Shown here: positions 1 to 14,202 of the stretch, one piece after another
How positions within the stretch are numbered: the first letter of the stretch is position 1
How the letters are laid out: every line of letters starts with the position of its first letter
NCBI GenBank assembly: GCA_003971905.1
Contig: RSEE01000061.1
Span: 62,001-126,000 of the forward strand
Length of the DNA: 64,000 bases
Source of the DNA: Moniliella sp. 'wahieum'
Lineage: Eukaryota
Direction: 5' to 3'
Notes under the pieces: generated by a model
Seen by the model: only the letters and a program-made list of their open reading frames with translations
What the model was told of the DNA's origin: nothing
Database searches by the model: none
Made by a program: the position numbers and the translations under genes

Positions 1-1296
1 CTGACGTCATGCGCATGCAATATGCATGCTGCTCCTGCCGAGGAACACTGGATGCGGATGGCCAGCGGACGCCGGAGCCTGGCCACCGGCTACCCCAGCC
101 TTCCCCACCCCGCAGCCGCCACTTGTGCCCCGGTCACGTTGCCGGCGACACCAGCGCTTTGCCTGGGCTGCCGTCTGCAAGGAACATGTAACAGCAGGCA
201 GGAGATTACTCAGTACTCCAGTGCACTGCGGATGCACCCGGTGGGAGGCTGTCGCGCTCCTGTGCCGGTGCCGGTTGTAGACACAGCCGGTGTGGCCCTC
301 CCTGCCACCGTCGTGCCTTGCCCATCCAACCCAGCCCAACACAAGCCTCCACCCTCTCTCCCCTCAGCCCCCAGGCTTCCCTTCTCAGCCGTCTCAGCAC
401 AACCAACCACATATTGCTTCGGGCCCCTGGCTTTCTGCCTCAGCCTCAGGCTCAGGGGCCCTAATCCACCACCTTGCGGCAACCTCTGCCCATCGCCAGC
501 GTGTAGTCCTCGTTTCGTCTGCCGAAGCCGCTTGCACCCCAAAGGCGTACGCAGCACGCCATGCAACCCACTTGGCTTCGCTGTGGCTTTTGGCAAGTCG
601 TTTCAATTGGATCGCCCCGACCCCCTGTCATTAAGGCACTTTGGTCTCGGGTTATGTTGTTCTGCATGTATTCAAGCGCTGCATTATGCAGAAGTCACAT
701 GTCCAAGACTGGCTTCTAAGGCGGGCACCGAGATGGGAATCGCAATACCAACAGAGGCCGCTCAGTTGTTGGCGCGTCAAGTAGTGTAATTTAGGTGAGA
801 TGTGTCTCCCACCGAGCTAGACACTGTCCTGCTCGCCCCCCCCCCCGGCCTTCCTACCGATCTCCGAATCCAATGTACCCTCTATCCAACACAACAGTTT
901 CCGTCCGAAAGTAGTTTTGGCGTGCCCCATGCGCAAACACACTCACCCGGCAAAGAATGCGCACCCTAGTGTCCGTTTCAACCAATCTATCAACATCAAT
1001 ACACCGTTCGGATCGCTATGCTGCAGCGAAAACCACAAGACCCATACAGAGAGGGCATGACGATCCCATCGTATTTTTCGAGACAACGTCCAGCAGCAGC
1101 AAGCGACGTCTACCATAGGGGGGAGCCGGAGCAAAGATGCAACGCAGATGCGTGCAGAGTGCATACGAAGCGAAAGAGTGAACTGCGTCCCACAAGGCCG
1201 ACTGACTAGGACCGGTGTAGGGGCCCGTCTTCGTCCTGTAAGGAGAGCAAGGCGCCCTAGCTTCGACCTTGACCGCTACCGAGTCGAGGCACCTGT

Positions 1297-1752
1297 TTAG
1301 GCAACGAGGGTCGAGGCCGTAGCCGACTCGTACTTGAAGGTAGGGGGCACGGCGCCCTTGGCCTTGTAGTAGCGCGTGAGGCGGTGGATGCGCGACTCAA
1401 TGAGAATCAGACGGAACTTGGAGTCCATGTCCTTGCGGTTGCGCTCGAGGTGCTTGCGAACCGACACGGCCTTCTTGATGAGGTGGTACAGGTCCTCAGG
1501 AATCTGGGGCGCGAGACCCTCCGACTTGAGGATACGAAGGATCTTGTTGCCCGTGACAAAGCGGACCTGGGCAATGCCCTGCGAGTCACGCAGCTGCACA
1601 CCAATCTGCGAAGGAGTCAGACCCTTGCGCGCCAGCTTGAAGATCTGGTTGGCGACCTCCTCCGGGGTGGCCTTGAGCCACGAGGGGGGCGAGCGCCTGT
1701 AGGGCAGCGCCGAGGACGAAATGCCCTTACCCTTTCCGTACATGCGACCCAT
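1297..1752 (-). CDS. RPS13: 40S ribosomal protein S13 (uS15)
   Basis: 151-aa [21 protein letters not shown]...[19 protein letters not shown]...[10 protein letters not shown] is the canonical eukaryotic S13. A probable 5'UTR intron lies upstream (CTGAC...CAG just before ccaagATG). Confidence 0.97.
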   Translation of the reverse strand: MGRMYGKGKGISSSALPYRRSPPSWLKATPEEVANQIFKLARKGLTPSQIGVQLRDSQGIAQVRFVTGNKILRILKSEGLAPQIPEDLYHLIKKAVSVRKHLERNRKDMDSKFRLILIESRIHRLTRYYKAKGAVPPTFKYESATASTLVA

Positions 1753-2232
1753 CTTGGCTGCCGCCCCACCAAACAAGTCAAAAATCGAGGAGTCAGTCAG
1801 ACGCTCCAGGAAGCAAAAGTCGTACCTACCGAATCAATTTATGAGCGTCGGCGAGAAGAGTGGCTTGGAGACGTTGGCGGCGTTGGCCCACGCTGCCCAG
1901 CGCGCCTGCTAGGTGGCAGGAGCAGGAAATCTGCTGCGGCAGCCCTGCGCCAGAAGGAGAAAAATAGGGTTGTGCAAATTGGCATGCCGTTTGCGAAGCT
2001 CGTCGTTGGAGTCCTAGGGTTATGCAGACACTGGCGCCCTGCCTTGGTAGCGGGCCCCGCTGGATCCTGGGTGGCTGTTCTAGTAGCTGCTGCTGGCTCC
2101 GTTGGTCTGCTGCCACCAAGCTCCATCGACGCATCCTCTGAGGTCTAAGGTGGGTAGTGCTCCTCTCTGCGCCGGTACGCCAGTCGCGGCAAGTGCTGAC
2201 GCTCGTTTGCCTCGCTTTCAGATTGGTCCACG

Positions 2233-2960
2233 ATGAAGCTCAACTTTGCCAACCCTGCGACCGGGGCTCAGAAGAGCTTCGAGATTGACGATGACCGCAA
2301 GACGCGCATCTTTGGGAGAAGCGCATGGGCCAGGACGTTGAGATTGACGTTCTCGGCGACGAGTTCAAGGGCTACGTTGTCCGCATCGGCGGTGGTAACG
2401 ACAAGCAGGGCTTCCCCATGAAGCAGGGTGTGCTTGTCCCGCACCGTGTGCGCCTGCTGCTGTCCGAGGGCCACTCGTGCTACCGTCAGCGCCGCACGGG
2501 TGAGCGCCGGCGCAAGTCGGTTCGTGGCTGCATTGTTGCGGCCGACATTGCCGCGCTTCACTTGATCATTGTCAAGCAGGGCGAGCAAGAGATTCCCGGG
2601 CTGACCGACGAGGCTAGCATTGTGCCCAAGCGTCTGGGTCCCAAGCGTGCCAACCACATTCGCAAGTTCTTCAACTTGACCAAGGAGGACGATGTGCGCC
2701 AGTACGTGATCCGCCGTGAGGTGGTGCCCAAGACCGAGGGCAAGAAGCCCTACACCAAGGCGCCCAAGATCCAGCGCTTGATCACCCCGGTGCGCTTGCA
2801 GCACAAGCGTCACCTGTTTGCGCTCAAGGTGCGCAAGCAGCGTGAGCAGGCGGCGCAGAAGGCCGACTACGAGAAGCTGCTCGCTTCGCGCAGCGCGGAG
2901 AAGGCCGCTGCTCACCACGCGCACCGTGTGGCTGTCGCTGCGGCCAAGGCTCAGGCGTAA
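2233..2960 (+). CDS. RPS6: 40S ribosomal protein S6 (eS6), one apparent frameshift near 2310
   Basis: [14 protein letters not shown]..., then [35 protein letters not shown] and [11 protein letters not shown] in the next frame. Confidence 0.96.
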
Positions 2961-3467
2961 GCACCACGGCCGCAGCTCACGCATATGGGCCGACGCGGGA
3001 TTGGGCACTCCCACGATTGGAACCCATGTTGCTCATCTCCTGTGACCCTTCCTGTTGTGTTGGCACTGGTTCATCGCCAGTGCCTGGGGGCTGTTCTACG
3101 CCAAGAGTCTTCCGACGATCCCGAGTGCACTCTAAATCCATCGGCTGTAGCTCTTGCCTCTACCAAAACGTTCGGCGCCATGCTATGCTCTCTCCCCAAC
3201 ACTGTTATGTCTCCCCTATTAGTTATGAGTTTGGGCTGGCCTGGAATACCACATAGCTTTATGCACTCACGCTTCCAAAGACACGAGGAGATGGCGCCAG
3301 CATTATACGAGGGACAAGGCATGAGAGATGAGAAGCTTTGTTAGATACAAACTGTGCGGGAAAGTACGAGAAGGACGGGGTACAGATAGCAAGGCGGGCG
3401 ACGGCTGCCCAGGCCAGTCAAGAAGGTCCTGGGCGTGGGGGGCGCATTGGGGGGCTTACACCCCAGG

Positions 3468-5188
3468 CTAGGACGATACTTGAGCCACGGGAGAGGACGG
3501 CTGGGCGGCCGTGAAGATAAAAAGGTTGTTGGTGGCAGCAATGGCGACAGTGTGCTCGCGGGGTGGTAAGACGCATGGAGGATCTTCTTGCTAAAGTCGA
3601 CATTGTCCACGTCCACTTGGGTCACGGGTCCAGGCACAGCATTCTTTCCTCGCACTTTGCTCGCTAGCTTCTTGTGCTTAAAGGCTGACTTGTCGGCTTG
3701 GAGGACCACTCCGCTGGCTGCTGGGTCTGGCTGCTCCTGAAGAGGCGGGAAAAGGGAGCAAGAGGGTCAGTATAACGGCAGTGGGGAGAATAATGGCCGG
3801 AAAAACATACCGTATCGAAGACATGGAAGTAGTTGCTATACGACCCTGTCAGGACATGACGATTGTCCGGCCCCCACAATGCCTCGAATTTGTCAAAGAT
3901 GCAGTCGTTCTCGTACAAGTCACATAGCTTGGAGCGGATGTGTTCATGGACCGGAATGGTGAGCAGTGGTCCACGATCCATGTTTAGGTCCCAAACCTTG
4001 AGCGACAGATAATCACGCGAGAGGAGGTACCGTCCATCATGGGAGAACTGGACATCTGAAATGCTGCTGATAATCTCGGAGAAAAAGGACTTGGAACTGA
4101 GATCACCATCGAATTGGTCGAACAGCTTGGCATGTTGGTCGCACAGTGCTGCGTCGCGCATGTCGGCCAACTTGATGGTGCCCTTGGAGGAGGAGTAGAC
4201 AAACTGGTTGCAGTTGATCGGGTGAAACTCGGCAGCAGTGATGACCTCTGTGAGGTCTTCCATATTGTCAGGCTTTATGTCAACCATGTTGAAAGACTGG
4301 TCCGAAATGTCCAAGTTCCATAGGTTGATCCGCAAGTCGTCAGCCGACATGTACGTCTCCGCGTCCGAGTTGACCGAGATGGAATTGACATGGTAGGCAT
4401 GTGCATTCGCGTAGATTTTGCGGGGCATGGCCGCCACAATGGTGTCCTGCACATTAATTCGCGGCAACCGCAAATGAATGCCACTACCGGGTTGAATGTG
4501 GGAAGGAGCCACGAGAGGGTTGTCAAACGCTGATGCGGGGACCACTCCACCTGACAGATTGTTCTCCGCCACGACCTGTAACGACTTTTCAAACACCTTC
4601 CACAATTTGATCGTCTTGTCTGTCCAGCAGTGAACGCACAGCAAAGAGGGGGGTGAGTGGGTGACACCTCAGAAGGGTTCGGGGGGGGGTACGCACCATT
4701 GGTCGTGAGAAGAAAGTGAGCTGCGTTTTGGCGCGGGCACCACCGGATCTTGTTGATCTTCTCTTCAATCTCGAGCGACTTGAGGTAGTCAAACTCAGGC
4801 TCGTGAGATTGGAACTCGGTGTAGAACTTGTACTCGACGCTCTTCTTCTGCGGAAAGGAAGGTCAGTAGACGTGTTCTGGTCCGTGCGCAGCAAGAGGAC
4901 GGGAAAGCCACCCAAGGCCACGCACCGAGTCGTTGCGCTCAAACAAGACGACACGGCCGCCTTTGTCGCCAGTGGCCAAGTACTCGCCGGTGGGGTCAAA
5001 CTGGACGGTGGAGATAATATCAGCTGGGAGCAGAACCGCAAGAGGGGTCAGCGTCGCGGAGGGAAACGAGGGGGTAGCGGACCTACCCTCGGTGATATCC
5101 TGGATGTCGCCCTTGTCGCCAAAGCACTGGGCAAAGCGCCAGTCGGCGGCGGTGGGCGAGGCAGCGAGGGGGGCGGCTGGGAGGGCAT
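3468..5188 (-). CDS. CDC55: Protein phosphatase 2A regulatory subunit B55 (Cdc55/Pab1), multi-exon
   Basis: [86 protein letters not shown] introns near 5023-5085, 4845-4925, 4620-4696 and 3737-3810. Confidence 0.95.
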
Positions 5189-6290
5189 GGTGGATGTGGG
5201 GGGGGGGGGGGGGCAGGGGACGGGCGCAGGAGGACGGGCGCAGGAGCAGGGCCTATGTCGAGAGCGACAAGGGCGAGACGGCGTGCATGAGCCAGGCCGC
5301 GAGCCGAGAGCAGGTGCGAATGGCTGGGGAGGCAATTTGCATCGGACCGGCCGAGAGCGTCAGCGCTGAGCAACCGAACACTGAACGTTTCAGCCGCATT
5401 AGCTCGTGCGCGCATGGCCCAGCCCGTGCATACGCCCCGCACTGACCACCCGTAGGCCTTAGGCGGCCCCATCGGACGAGCACGCGAGCACGGCGCTACG
5501 CGCTCTGTGCTGCTCTGCCTGCTCTGCCTTACGCAGCGCAGCGGCGATGCCCTGGTCCCTCGCACGTGATCTGCACTTCATTCCGCCCGCCCTCCCCCCT
5601 CGTTCCGATCCGAGCGGCCAGGCATGGCATGGCATGTGGCATGCACAAGTCGAGCGCACAGAAAGACGGGCCCGTGCGAGGCTGCAGCCTGCCATCGGCT
5701 AGCTGCCACGACCGGGATACTCCTCCTGCCGGGTGCCCGGCCCCACTGCGCCCATCCTCTCCCGTTGGGTTTCGCGCAGGGCTGGGGGGCTGCGCCTCTG
5801 CGCCCGCCGGCCCTCGCCCCCTCCTATCCACGTCCGCTGCCTGCATGTCGTGCCCGGCTGCGACACTGCGCACCGCCCCACCCAGGCCAGCCGAGTCGAC
5901 TCCCGGCCTGGGAGCCCAGGACGGGATTTGTGCACACATACAAGTCGATTTGCGTCTTCTACTTCCGCGGGATCAAGCAATTGCCTGGAACTGGTAGACG
6001 GCCTCCATGCTCCGCCGCGCCGCACGGTCTCCGCTCCTGCCGGCATACCAGCTTACCCGTCAGGATTGGCGCCTGATCCGCCTCAGTCGGACGGACATGC
6101 TCAAGATCCCTCACATGCGCTTATTTATCTTGCTTCTCCAAGAGCTTCTTCCCATTCTGTTCTTTCTTTTCCCCGTGCCATCCTCTGCCCTGCCATGTAC
6201 CTGCCCATGTGGAACAGGCCCATGAACAGCACAAGGTCAAGTTGGCCGAAGGTCATCGTCTTTTGACCGTGCATCCGCCTGAGGTGACCG

Positions 6291-6872
6291 GTGACCCCGG
6301 AAGCCAAGATAGATGACAGGCAACTGGGCCAACTTGCTTCCCTCTTTGGTCTGCCTACCTGGGGCAACTATAACCGCCTTCTTTCCCGCCTCGTGGCCCA
6401 TCACAAATTCCTGATGGGTGATGATGTTGCTCTGGTCTCCTCGCTGGTGGAACGACCCAGGCGATCCCTGCCGAACTCCAGTACGGATTGTCTCTCATGT
6501 CTCTCGAAGCGCGCGCCTTGGCGCTGGGCAATAAGTGCCGACCACAGGTGCCGAATTGGCCCGCGCCTGTCGCCAACGCGGCCTGCGTTTGCTCGGCCTT
6601 CTGATGCGGAGTTGCAGAAGGGACTGGATGCTTGGCTCGATCAGATGGCCCCTCCCCGTTCCGACCTGGGGGACGAGGAACAGATCGTGGCCTTGGCCCA
6701 ACGTGTCCTCGCCCTCTTCAACCCAACCGGATGGAGCAGGTTCAGGCGCGCGCGCAAGAGCGCCAGAAACAGGGGTGACTTGAACGGACCAAATCCATCG
6801 CTCATGGTGTTGTTGAAGCAGGGCTTGCTCACCGCCCCCGTCGCCCGGGGCGCTGCCGCCCAACACGAATAA
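6291..6872 (+). CDS. hypothetical protein (unrecognised ORF; may be part of a longer frameshifted gene)
   Basis: 193-codon ORF with helical-looking composition in the otherwise empty CDC55-TRR1 interval. No motif recognised and no clear ATG start. Confidence 0.25.
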   Translation: MTPEAKIDDRQLGQLASLFGLPTWGNYNRLLSRLVAHHKFLMGDDVALVSSLVERPRRSLPNSSTDCLSCLSKRAPWRWAISADHRCRIGPRLSPTRPAFARPSDAELQKGLDAWLDQMAPPRSDLGDEEQIVALAQRVLALFNPTGWSRFRRARKSARNRGDLNGPNPSLMVLLKQGLLTAPVARGAAAQHE

Positions 6873-7242
6873 TCCGTGTCCATTTTGGACAAACCACTAC
6901 CCTCTTTGTGCCATCATATGCGACCCCTTCCCTGCCTTTTGGGCAGACGCACCATTGCACTCTAATTTCCCTGGCCATGGTCCAAGCCATTCTTGCCGTT
7001 TCACGTTTGGAAAATGGATCCCCCCGCATACAAGGTCTTCGACTGTTCTCATACCAACAAGACACCAAAATTTAGCAAAAGCTAGTTTGCCAAGCAAATG
7101 CCCACCTAGAAACTATACAAGAGCACAACCAGGGTAGGCGAGGTATCGTGTTCAGAGTTGGAGGATGTAGCCCCAACAAGGGTAGTTTCGTAGGGAAGGA
7201 GGCGTGTGCACGTTAGACATAGAAGCAAGGAGATGCGACACA

Positions 7243-8318
<1,076 letters not shown>

Positions 8319-9435
8319 TTAAAAGGACGAAACAGCGGCAATAGAAGCGCCGAAGACCGCACCGACCACACTGGCGCCGCGCGCGTCGAAAAGTGAAATG
8401 TTGTGGCCCTGGCCACGGCGATGGTGCCGCAAGGGAAGCCCGGTGGGACACTGGCGCGGTGGCTGCTGTTCGGCGATAACCTGGTCAGATGCCGACCAGG
8501 GCAGCGGCCTCCGCCGGCCGCCGGGAAGCGTGAAGGGGCAGGGCAGGGCAGACTAGTAGGCGACCACCGATCGCGCGAGAAAGGCGGTGGGAGGAACGCG
8601 TGATTGCGTGGCTGCCGCCGCAATCAGATTTCAGCGCAGCCGATGGCCACGCCAAGCGCCAGGCCGCACGCAGCACGTGACAAATCGTCGTTTTTTGGTT
8701 GTTGCCGACGTTGCCGTCGAGGCCCCGCTGGTCGCCCCAAACCACCGCCCGCTGCGACCAGCGCCTCCAGTGGCCGCACACCCTTCCGGTCTACCCCTCC
8801 ATAGGCACTCCGACATGGCATGGTCTGATCACTCATCTCCCTTTTCTCGTCCGGCCTGTTGCGAGCCTGTTGCTCAGCACGTTGAAAATGAAGTTGAGGA
8901 CAATAAGGCGAAGGTTTGCGAGCACGGGAGAGTTTGAGGTTTTCTATTCCATCTGGATCTGATCACTCTGTACTAGTGCTCGTTCCCAAAAAAGGTGCTG
9001 TAAAGCGCTAGGCGGATGAAGCAGCAGCGTAACGCCATCCAAACTGGCACGGCCATATGGGATTAGACCGTGTCTTCCTACAATCCACATCTATTGGCGT
9101 CTTGCCGTATCAATTTAGATCAGTTCCCGGTGAATGTTTCCATTCATCACCACTCATTAGATTGCGCCGTGAACCAGAAGCTGCTTGGAGAGGATTGGCT
9201 CCCTTGCCCGTTGTATGCTAGCGCAAGATAATGGATCGCTTGAAGCTGTAGGATGGAGTACAAAGGAAATGCACCCGCCTGCTTTGGTTTATACAATCCT
9301 GTCTCCCACGTGTCAGCCTCCTTTGGGATGCACGTAATATATTCGAGGGTGCTTCCACCGTTCATCATCAAACGCCCAGCAAGGGCCGGACGCGATCTTC
9401 AAGCTTCAATCACAACCGCACCAATCCACAAAACA

Positions 9436-12170
9436 TCAGAAGAAATGGCTTTTATTCGTCAAAGGCAGTTGCGTTGCCGCCGGGGCAGTCATAAGCTCGC
9501 CGTCGGCATGCACATCGTATCTGGAGTAGAATGGGTTAGTGCATGCTCAGAGGGGGAAACGGTGTGGGACATACGTCTCAGGGTCAACAGTAATTTGGGG
9601 CAACCAGTCATTGAGCTTCATGTCCTTCTTGCCGATCTTGCGGCAGTTCGTGACGAGCTGGATTGTCTTATCAAGTCCATATCCGGCAATGACTCCTGTT
9701 CACACATACGGTCAGTTCCAGTCCACACAAAGGCAATGGCAGGACTCACCTTTGTCGACGCTTGCTTTGCTCACAGCGAAGGAGTTTTTGTGAGCAGCCT
9801 TCGGGGCCGACCCAAACATGGGCCGTCCATAAATGGGCTGGACAGTAGGGATGGATCCGTTGGCATCGCCCATCTGAGACCAGGCGATTTGACCACCCTT
9901 GAGTACCATCTCGGGTTTGGTCCCAAAGTAGAGGGCTTGTACAGGATAAAGTCCGCCCATTTGCCTACTTCAACCGAACCAATGACATGCGACAGGCCCT
10001 GTGCAATGGCGGGGTTGATAGTGTACTTTGCCACATAGCGGCGAGCACGGGCATTGTCCTTGCCCTCCGAGTCGGGAGCGAGGCCAGTGGGAGCTTTGGC
10101 CAATGGCCCACGAACCGTCCGCATCTTGGCCGCTGTACGCCAGGTGCGCGAAATCACCTCCCCAATCCGACCCATGGCTTGGGAATCGGAAGAAATAATG
10201 CTTAGAGCCCCCGTGTCCTGCAGCACGTCTTCGGCAGCCACAGTCTCGGCACGAATCCGCGAATCGGCAAATGCCACGTCCTCCGCAATGTCCCGGCTCA
10301 GATGGTGGCAGACCATAAGCATGTCCACGTGCTCGTCGAGAGTGTTCTTTGCATATGGGCGAGTCGGGTTGGTTGAGGAGGGAATCACATTTTCCACCCC
10401 TGCCACACGGATAATGTCAGGTGCATGGCCGCCACCAGCACCTTCAGAATGGTACGCATGAATAGTGCGGCCCTTGAACGTGTCAATTGTACGCTCGACA
10501 AAGGAGGACTCGTTAAGCGTGTCGGTGTGAATGAGGCACTGTACGTCATACTCGTCGCATACGGTCAGACATGCGTCGATGACTGCAGGGGTGGTGCCCC
10601 AATCCTCATGAACTTTAAGTCCGCCACACCCTGCCTCAACCTGAGCCCGGAGGCCAGGCAAGCCGAATCATTTCCCTTGCCCGTAAAGACAAAGTTCAGG
10701 AACTGCATCCGTCGCCTCAAACATCCGTCGCACGTTCTCCGCGCCAGGCGTGCAGGTTGTAGCTGATGTCCCGGCTGAAGGGCCCGTACCGCCACCAATA
10801 ACGGTCGTGACTCCTGTTGCCAAGGCCTCTTGGAACAAGTCAGGGCAAATGTAATGCACATGTGCGTCGATCGCACCCGCGGTTAAGATAAGACCTTCAG
10901 CAGCAATTACCTCGGTGCAAGACCCAACAACCATACCGGGCGTAACGCCATCCATCATGCCGGGGTTGCCCGCTTTGCCAATTCCCACAATCCGACCACC
11001 CTTAAGCCCAATATCAGCTTTTGTCACGCCAGACCAGTCGAGAATGAGGGCATTGATAATGACCGTATCCAACGTGTCTTCATCACCTGCACCACCGCTC
11101 GCTTGGCCCATCCCGTCCCGGAGTACTTTGCCTCCACCAAACTTGCACTCGTCTCCGTACGATGTCAAGTCCTTCTCCACCTCGATCCAAAGATCCGTGT
11201 CTGCCAGACGAACACGGTCGCCTACCGTAGGGCCATACAAGGCGACATACGCTTCGCATGTGAACGTAGCTGGCTGGGGATCCTCAGTCCGGACTGACTT
11301 GGCGGGACGTCCGTCCTCAGCAAGCTCCACATCGGCCTTGGGCACCCCCATAGCCAAGAGTTTCTCGGCTACGGCAGCCAGGTCCAACTCGTCCAAGTAC
11401 CCGTAGCCACTCCATTACCGCCAGCCAGATACGGGCGCTCTCCACCCACATCCACCAACGTGACTGTGCGCACGTCTCCCGGTTCGAACCGCACAGCTGT
11501 CCCAGCAGGAATGTCGAGCTTCTTGCCAGGGTGGCTAGGCGGGGGAAGGAAAGGTACGGATTGGTCTCAATAAAGGGGTAGTCTGACAAAGAAAGAGGAA
11601 GTTCAGCCGCACGAAACAGGGGAAGGACACTGGAGGATGTGCATACGGCTTCCGACTTGAATGGGGCGATCACCCGTATTGGTGACACGAATCGAGATTC
11701 GACCCCGGCCCTTGTTGAGCACAATCGGGGAAGCGTCGGCCTTGACCACGATCGCACCAGGAAGCTCGGGGCCGGAAAGCACCTTAGGCGGGTCCTTTAG
11801 GAAGACTTGCGGGTCAGGGGGGCTCAAACCGGAGCCAAAGAGTGCGTTCTCGATGCTGCCTCAGGCGTAGCGATGGGGTCGTGGATAGTGACCAGGAAGA
11901 ACCATCGGGGAACGTGGCCTCAATCATGACTTCATGGAGCAAATGGGGTACATCGCCCAGAACATGCACGCGACCGAGGATGTTTTTGCCCCATGTCATG
12001 AGCTCCGACACGCTCAACTCGCCGTCACGCGCCTTTTCCTGTAGTGTCCAGGCGATCAGCGCTGTGGCTTCGCTGACGTTGAGGCGAAGCCCACGGGCGA
12101 GACGGCGCTGAGCAACACCGCCAGCCTGAGAGAGAAGGAGCTTGTCGCGCTCACGTGGGAGAAGGTGCAT
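9436..12170 (-). CDS. URE1: Urease (single-chain gamma-beta-alpha fungal type) with introns and frameshifts
   Basis: [11 protein letters not shown] (gamma), [12 protein letters not shown] (beta); alpha-domain nickel ligands [39 protein letters not shown] and SSDSQAMGR are all intact. Confidence 0.96.
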
Positions 12171-12545
12171 GGCGTGAGACGAGGTAAGGGTGGTGGGGGT
12201 GGGGGTAGGTGCTGCTTGTCGGTTGGGGAAAAGGTACCGACCGAATGGGGCAACGGAAACAGTGGGTGGAATGTGGAACCGATTGATACGCACGGATCAC
12301 GCGGATCGATCACGCCGGAAGATGATCCGGCTGCGGCCCCAAACTTCAAACGTTCAAATCGCCAATCATCTCCTGTCGGGGGGGCGGAAATGGCCCTTCG
12401 AAATATTTCGACCGTATTAGGTACGTTCAAGGCTCGCGTGCCACATGTCACAACTCCGATGTACCGACTGATTTTTTTCGCAGGCCCACTCGCGTCTGCC
12501 GTCAATTAAGCACGACGACCGCCACCTCCTCCGAACATCGTTATC

Positions 12546-13400
12546 ATGCGCTACGGAGTCCTGGTCTGTGGCCCAGCCGGATCTGGCAAGTCCACATTCA
12601 GTGCTGCACTGATCGCGGCCGCTCAGCAAGCGGGGCGTAGTGTCCATCTCTTCAATCTCGACCCTGCTGCCGAACGGTTCGGGTACGAGCCCGCGGTTGA
12701 CATTCGTGAACTCATCAGCGTCGAGGATGTGATGGAGGAGCTGGGTCTGGGCCCGAATGGTGCCCTGGTTGCCTGTCTGGAATATGTCTTTCCCACCCCG
12801 AATGGCTCCACGACCAGTTGGCGCCGTACGAAGACGACTACCTCATTATCGACTGTCCTGGACAGATCGAGCTCTACACCCATGCGCCCTTGGTCCCACG
12901 CTTGGCCGATCTGCTGCAGAACCAGCTTGGATTCCGCCTCGCCGCCGCCTACCTCCTCGAGGCCCAGTTTATGGACGACACGCCCAAGTACTTTGCAGGT
13001 GTGCTTGGTGCGGCCTCGGCTATGGTTCACCTCGGTCTCCCACACGTCAACCTAATGAGCAAAATGGATCTGGTCAAACGCCCTGGTGCGCAGAAGCGGA
13101 CACGTTCTGAGCTAGAACGCTACATGGACCCGGACCCTCTTCTTTTGGCTGATACTCCTGCGGGGGCGCGGAGGGTCCCGGAGGAAACACCAAGTTTGCT
13201 GCGCTAAACCATGCGGTGGCCCAACTCGTGTCTGACTTCAGCCTGGTGTCATTCCTTCCACTTGACTCGACCGACGACGAGAACGTGACGGACATCTTGT
13301 CCCACATTGACAATGCGCTTCAATATGTGAAGATGAGGAGCCCAAGGAACCCAAGGACTTGGACGAGGGCGACTACGATGCAGTCGACGAGGATTTTTAG
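12546..13400 (+). CDS. GPN3: GPN-loop GTPase 3
   Basis: MRYGVLVCGPAGSGKST, NLDPAAE, LGPNG (GPN motif), DCPGQIELYTH, HVNLMSKMDL, and a C-terminal QYGEDEEPK-like segment. Confidence 0.92.
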
Positions 13401-14202
13401 CACGCGTCATTAATCTCGGTGCGGATCGCTTGCCACTCCATCATCTGTCTTATACCCGTCCCACATTCCTGTTGTTTGCGCCAAAGCATACTTTTTCGTT
13501 CCGTTTCTTACACCCCACATACGCTGGTACGCTTGGAGGGGCCATTACTTCGTATAGTTTGGAAGAGGGCCACTCAGCGCACGCGAATGACGCGGGCGGA
13601 TGCGAATTCAAGGCATGATTGGCATGCAAAATGACGCTCAGTGAGGAACCATCTCAGCGAGCCGCTGAATCCGGGAAGTGACATATGCGGGATGAAGTTC
13701 ACATTCGTTAAACACAGCGGCCCTAGTGCCACCACAAGCACTGCCGGAGCAAAACTAACCCAGTAGGACCGGCATGGGAGGTAGTCAGTGATGTGACAGG
13801 GCCAGACGATCTGCACATGATAGATCATCGATCAAAGATCAAGATCAAATCGCCAAATCACTTATCCAACTGGGACGCCACCTCCTGGTCGAGCATCGAT
13901 GTGGACATGTCCTTTGGAAGAGGTATGCTTTTACGAGCGGTGGGCGCCGAAGGAGACAGGCCCAGGCTGCCCAGGCTGCATCGTGGCACGTCCAACCTTC
14001 AGCGGTTCAGCGGAACGTTCGTTGAACGTTCAAGTTGAACGCTGGGTAAAAACAACATGAGGCGATGAGGTCACCGGTCTCACCAAAGTGACCGGTGACC
14101 GTTGATTTTCGCCATGCATCAACATTGTGTTTGCAATTGCGTCTTCTGCCCTTCCCCCATCTTTCACGCCCTGCGCAACTTCCCACCTCCCTGCCGGAAG
14201 CC

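Noticed and set aside
22..789. 255-aa ORF and many other long overlapping or antisense ORFs in the track
   Set aside because: No recognisable domains. Long shadow ORFs are expected in high-GC DNA and opposite real genes.
12546..13400. P-loop GTPase divergent from urease considered as the urease accessory protein UreG
   Set aside because: It has the GPN motif and DCPGQIE of GPN3, and lacks the UreG CPH and ESGGDNL motifs. The adjacency is probably coincidental.
14011..14040. Heat-shock element (two GAACGTTC units) upstream of the arrestin
   Set aside because: The spacing does not give three contiguous inverted nGAAn units, so the evidence is too weak to call.
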